Positions 63,451 to 64,000 of a stretch of DNA of 64,000 nt are shown here, in pieces. Origin of the DNA: a virus (Duplodnaviria; Caudoviricetes); the IMG/VR virus record IMGVR_UViG_3300007961_000135, positions 1 through 64,000 of that record; one strand, 5' to 3'. The position numbers and the translations under genes are program-made. The notes beneath the pieces are model-generated. The model was given only the letters and a program-made list of their open reading frames with translations. It had not been told where the DNA came from and did no database searches. Numbering within the stretch: position 1 is the stretch's first letter; every line of letters begins with the position of its first letter.

Positions 63451-64000
63451 CTACCCCTATGCAAGCAACTTCGACGAGCTGATAACCTATTATCCGAAAT
63501 ACTACTATGACGTAGTGGAAATGATAGCGCTCCTCAAGGCCCAGGGTGCAGCTCTGGACGAATTCATGGAAAACGCCGAGAAGGTTTTCAACAACTGCTT
63601 CATCGACACCATGGACGAGGAGGCTGTCGGCACGCTCGAAGACTTCCTTGATATCCACCTCTACAAACAAAGGACACTTGAGGAGCGGAAAAGGCTCCTC
63701 AAAACTTTCTTTGTAGGCCATGGACGGCTGTCTGCCGAAATGATCAAGCAGACCGTTTCGGCCTATACCGGCAGTGACGTTGAAGTGTATCTTCTGCCGA
63801 TAAACCGAACACCGGGAGCGACAGAGTATGAGCCGGGCGACAACCGGCTCCACATCAACTATCTGCGCGGCGAGGAAGAGATCTTATACCTCAACGACGT
63901 CGATACGCTGCTTTCCAGGCTCATTCCCGCACATCTGGATTACAGGAGCGCACTCACCTACCGCTACGGCGTGACAACATCGCCGAAAAGAAAGAAATAC
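63440..64000 (+). CDS. XkdU/YmfQ (DUF2313) baseplate protein, 3'-partial
   Basis: MLFNYPYASNF...'FIDTMDEE', 'TLEERK', 'IPAHL'; open to the window end. Confidence 0.85.
   Translation, partial: MLFNYPYASNFDELITYYPKYYYDVVEMIALLKAQGAALDEFMENAEKVFNNCFIDTMDEEAVGTLEDFLDIHLYKQRTLEERKRLLKTFFVGHGRLSAEMIKQTVSAYTGSDVEVYLLPINRTPGATEYEPGDNRLHINYLRGEEEILYLNDVDTLLSRLIPAHLDYRSALTYRYGVTTSPKRKKY

Larger units (their letters stand above)
15746..64000. mobile_element. PBSX/skin-like contractile-tailed (myovirus-type) prophage, right end beyond window
   Basis: Integrase-lysogeny-replication-packaging-head-tail gene order with Xkd-like sheath, tube and baseplate proteins. Confidence 0.95.

Noticed and set aside
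55737-64000. Diversity-generating retroelement, intron or intein in late genes
   Set aside because: No reverse transcriptase, TR/VR repeat pair or splicing motifs; terminase and capsid are normal length; tail fibre genes lie outside the window.

Overview
Firmicutes (Clostridia-like) genomic window made of two abutting mobile elements. (1) About 1-15700, all on the minus strand: one arm of an ICE/IME-like element. It has a backbone of ParB, two MobC-like RHH proteins, an oriT-like region, a sigma70-R4-like HTH protein, DUF6809 and TnpV. It also has visibly AT-richer defence-island-type cargo: two HEPN-like proteins, a Bro-N/class III Fic with VbhA-like partners, a Zn-finger/wHTH/nucleoside-deoxyribosyltransferase-like protein, DUF6414, an HNH nuclease, a twice-frameshifted type IIG/type I-like R-M-S fusion with a G8 tract between its TRDs, and an orphan AbiEi-type antitoxin. 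(2) About 15750 to the window end: a PBSX/skin-like contractile-tailed prophage. In order it carries a large serine recombinase, lysogeny morons, a CI/Cro switch with four operators, recombination/replication genes (AAA ATPase, RecT, MBL nuclease, initiator with iterons, G39P-like, RecU, PcfJ), many small early genes, an IbrA/IbrB + MTase-like + ParB cluster, terminase, portal, head, sheath/tube, tape measure and baseplate genes. It runs off the right edge before tail fibre and lysis genes. Best leads: the PP-loop/ParB/MTase cluster (candidate phage DNA-modification system); four leftward sigma70 promoter-terminator cassettes inside the rightward early operon, one gene-filled and three empty; the possibly phase-variable R-M; an MTase-like protein lacking the catalytic motif but ending in a clamp-binding motif; and a mini-protein copying the sheath N-terminal arm. 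Several scattered single-base indels or nonsense codons may be assembly errors, which weakens frameshift-based claims. All family names come from recognising motifs by eye, not from database searches. No rRNA, tRNA or CRISPR array was seen.
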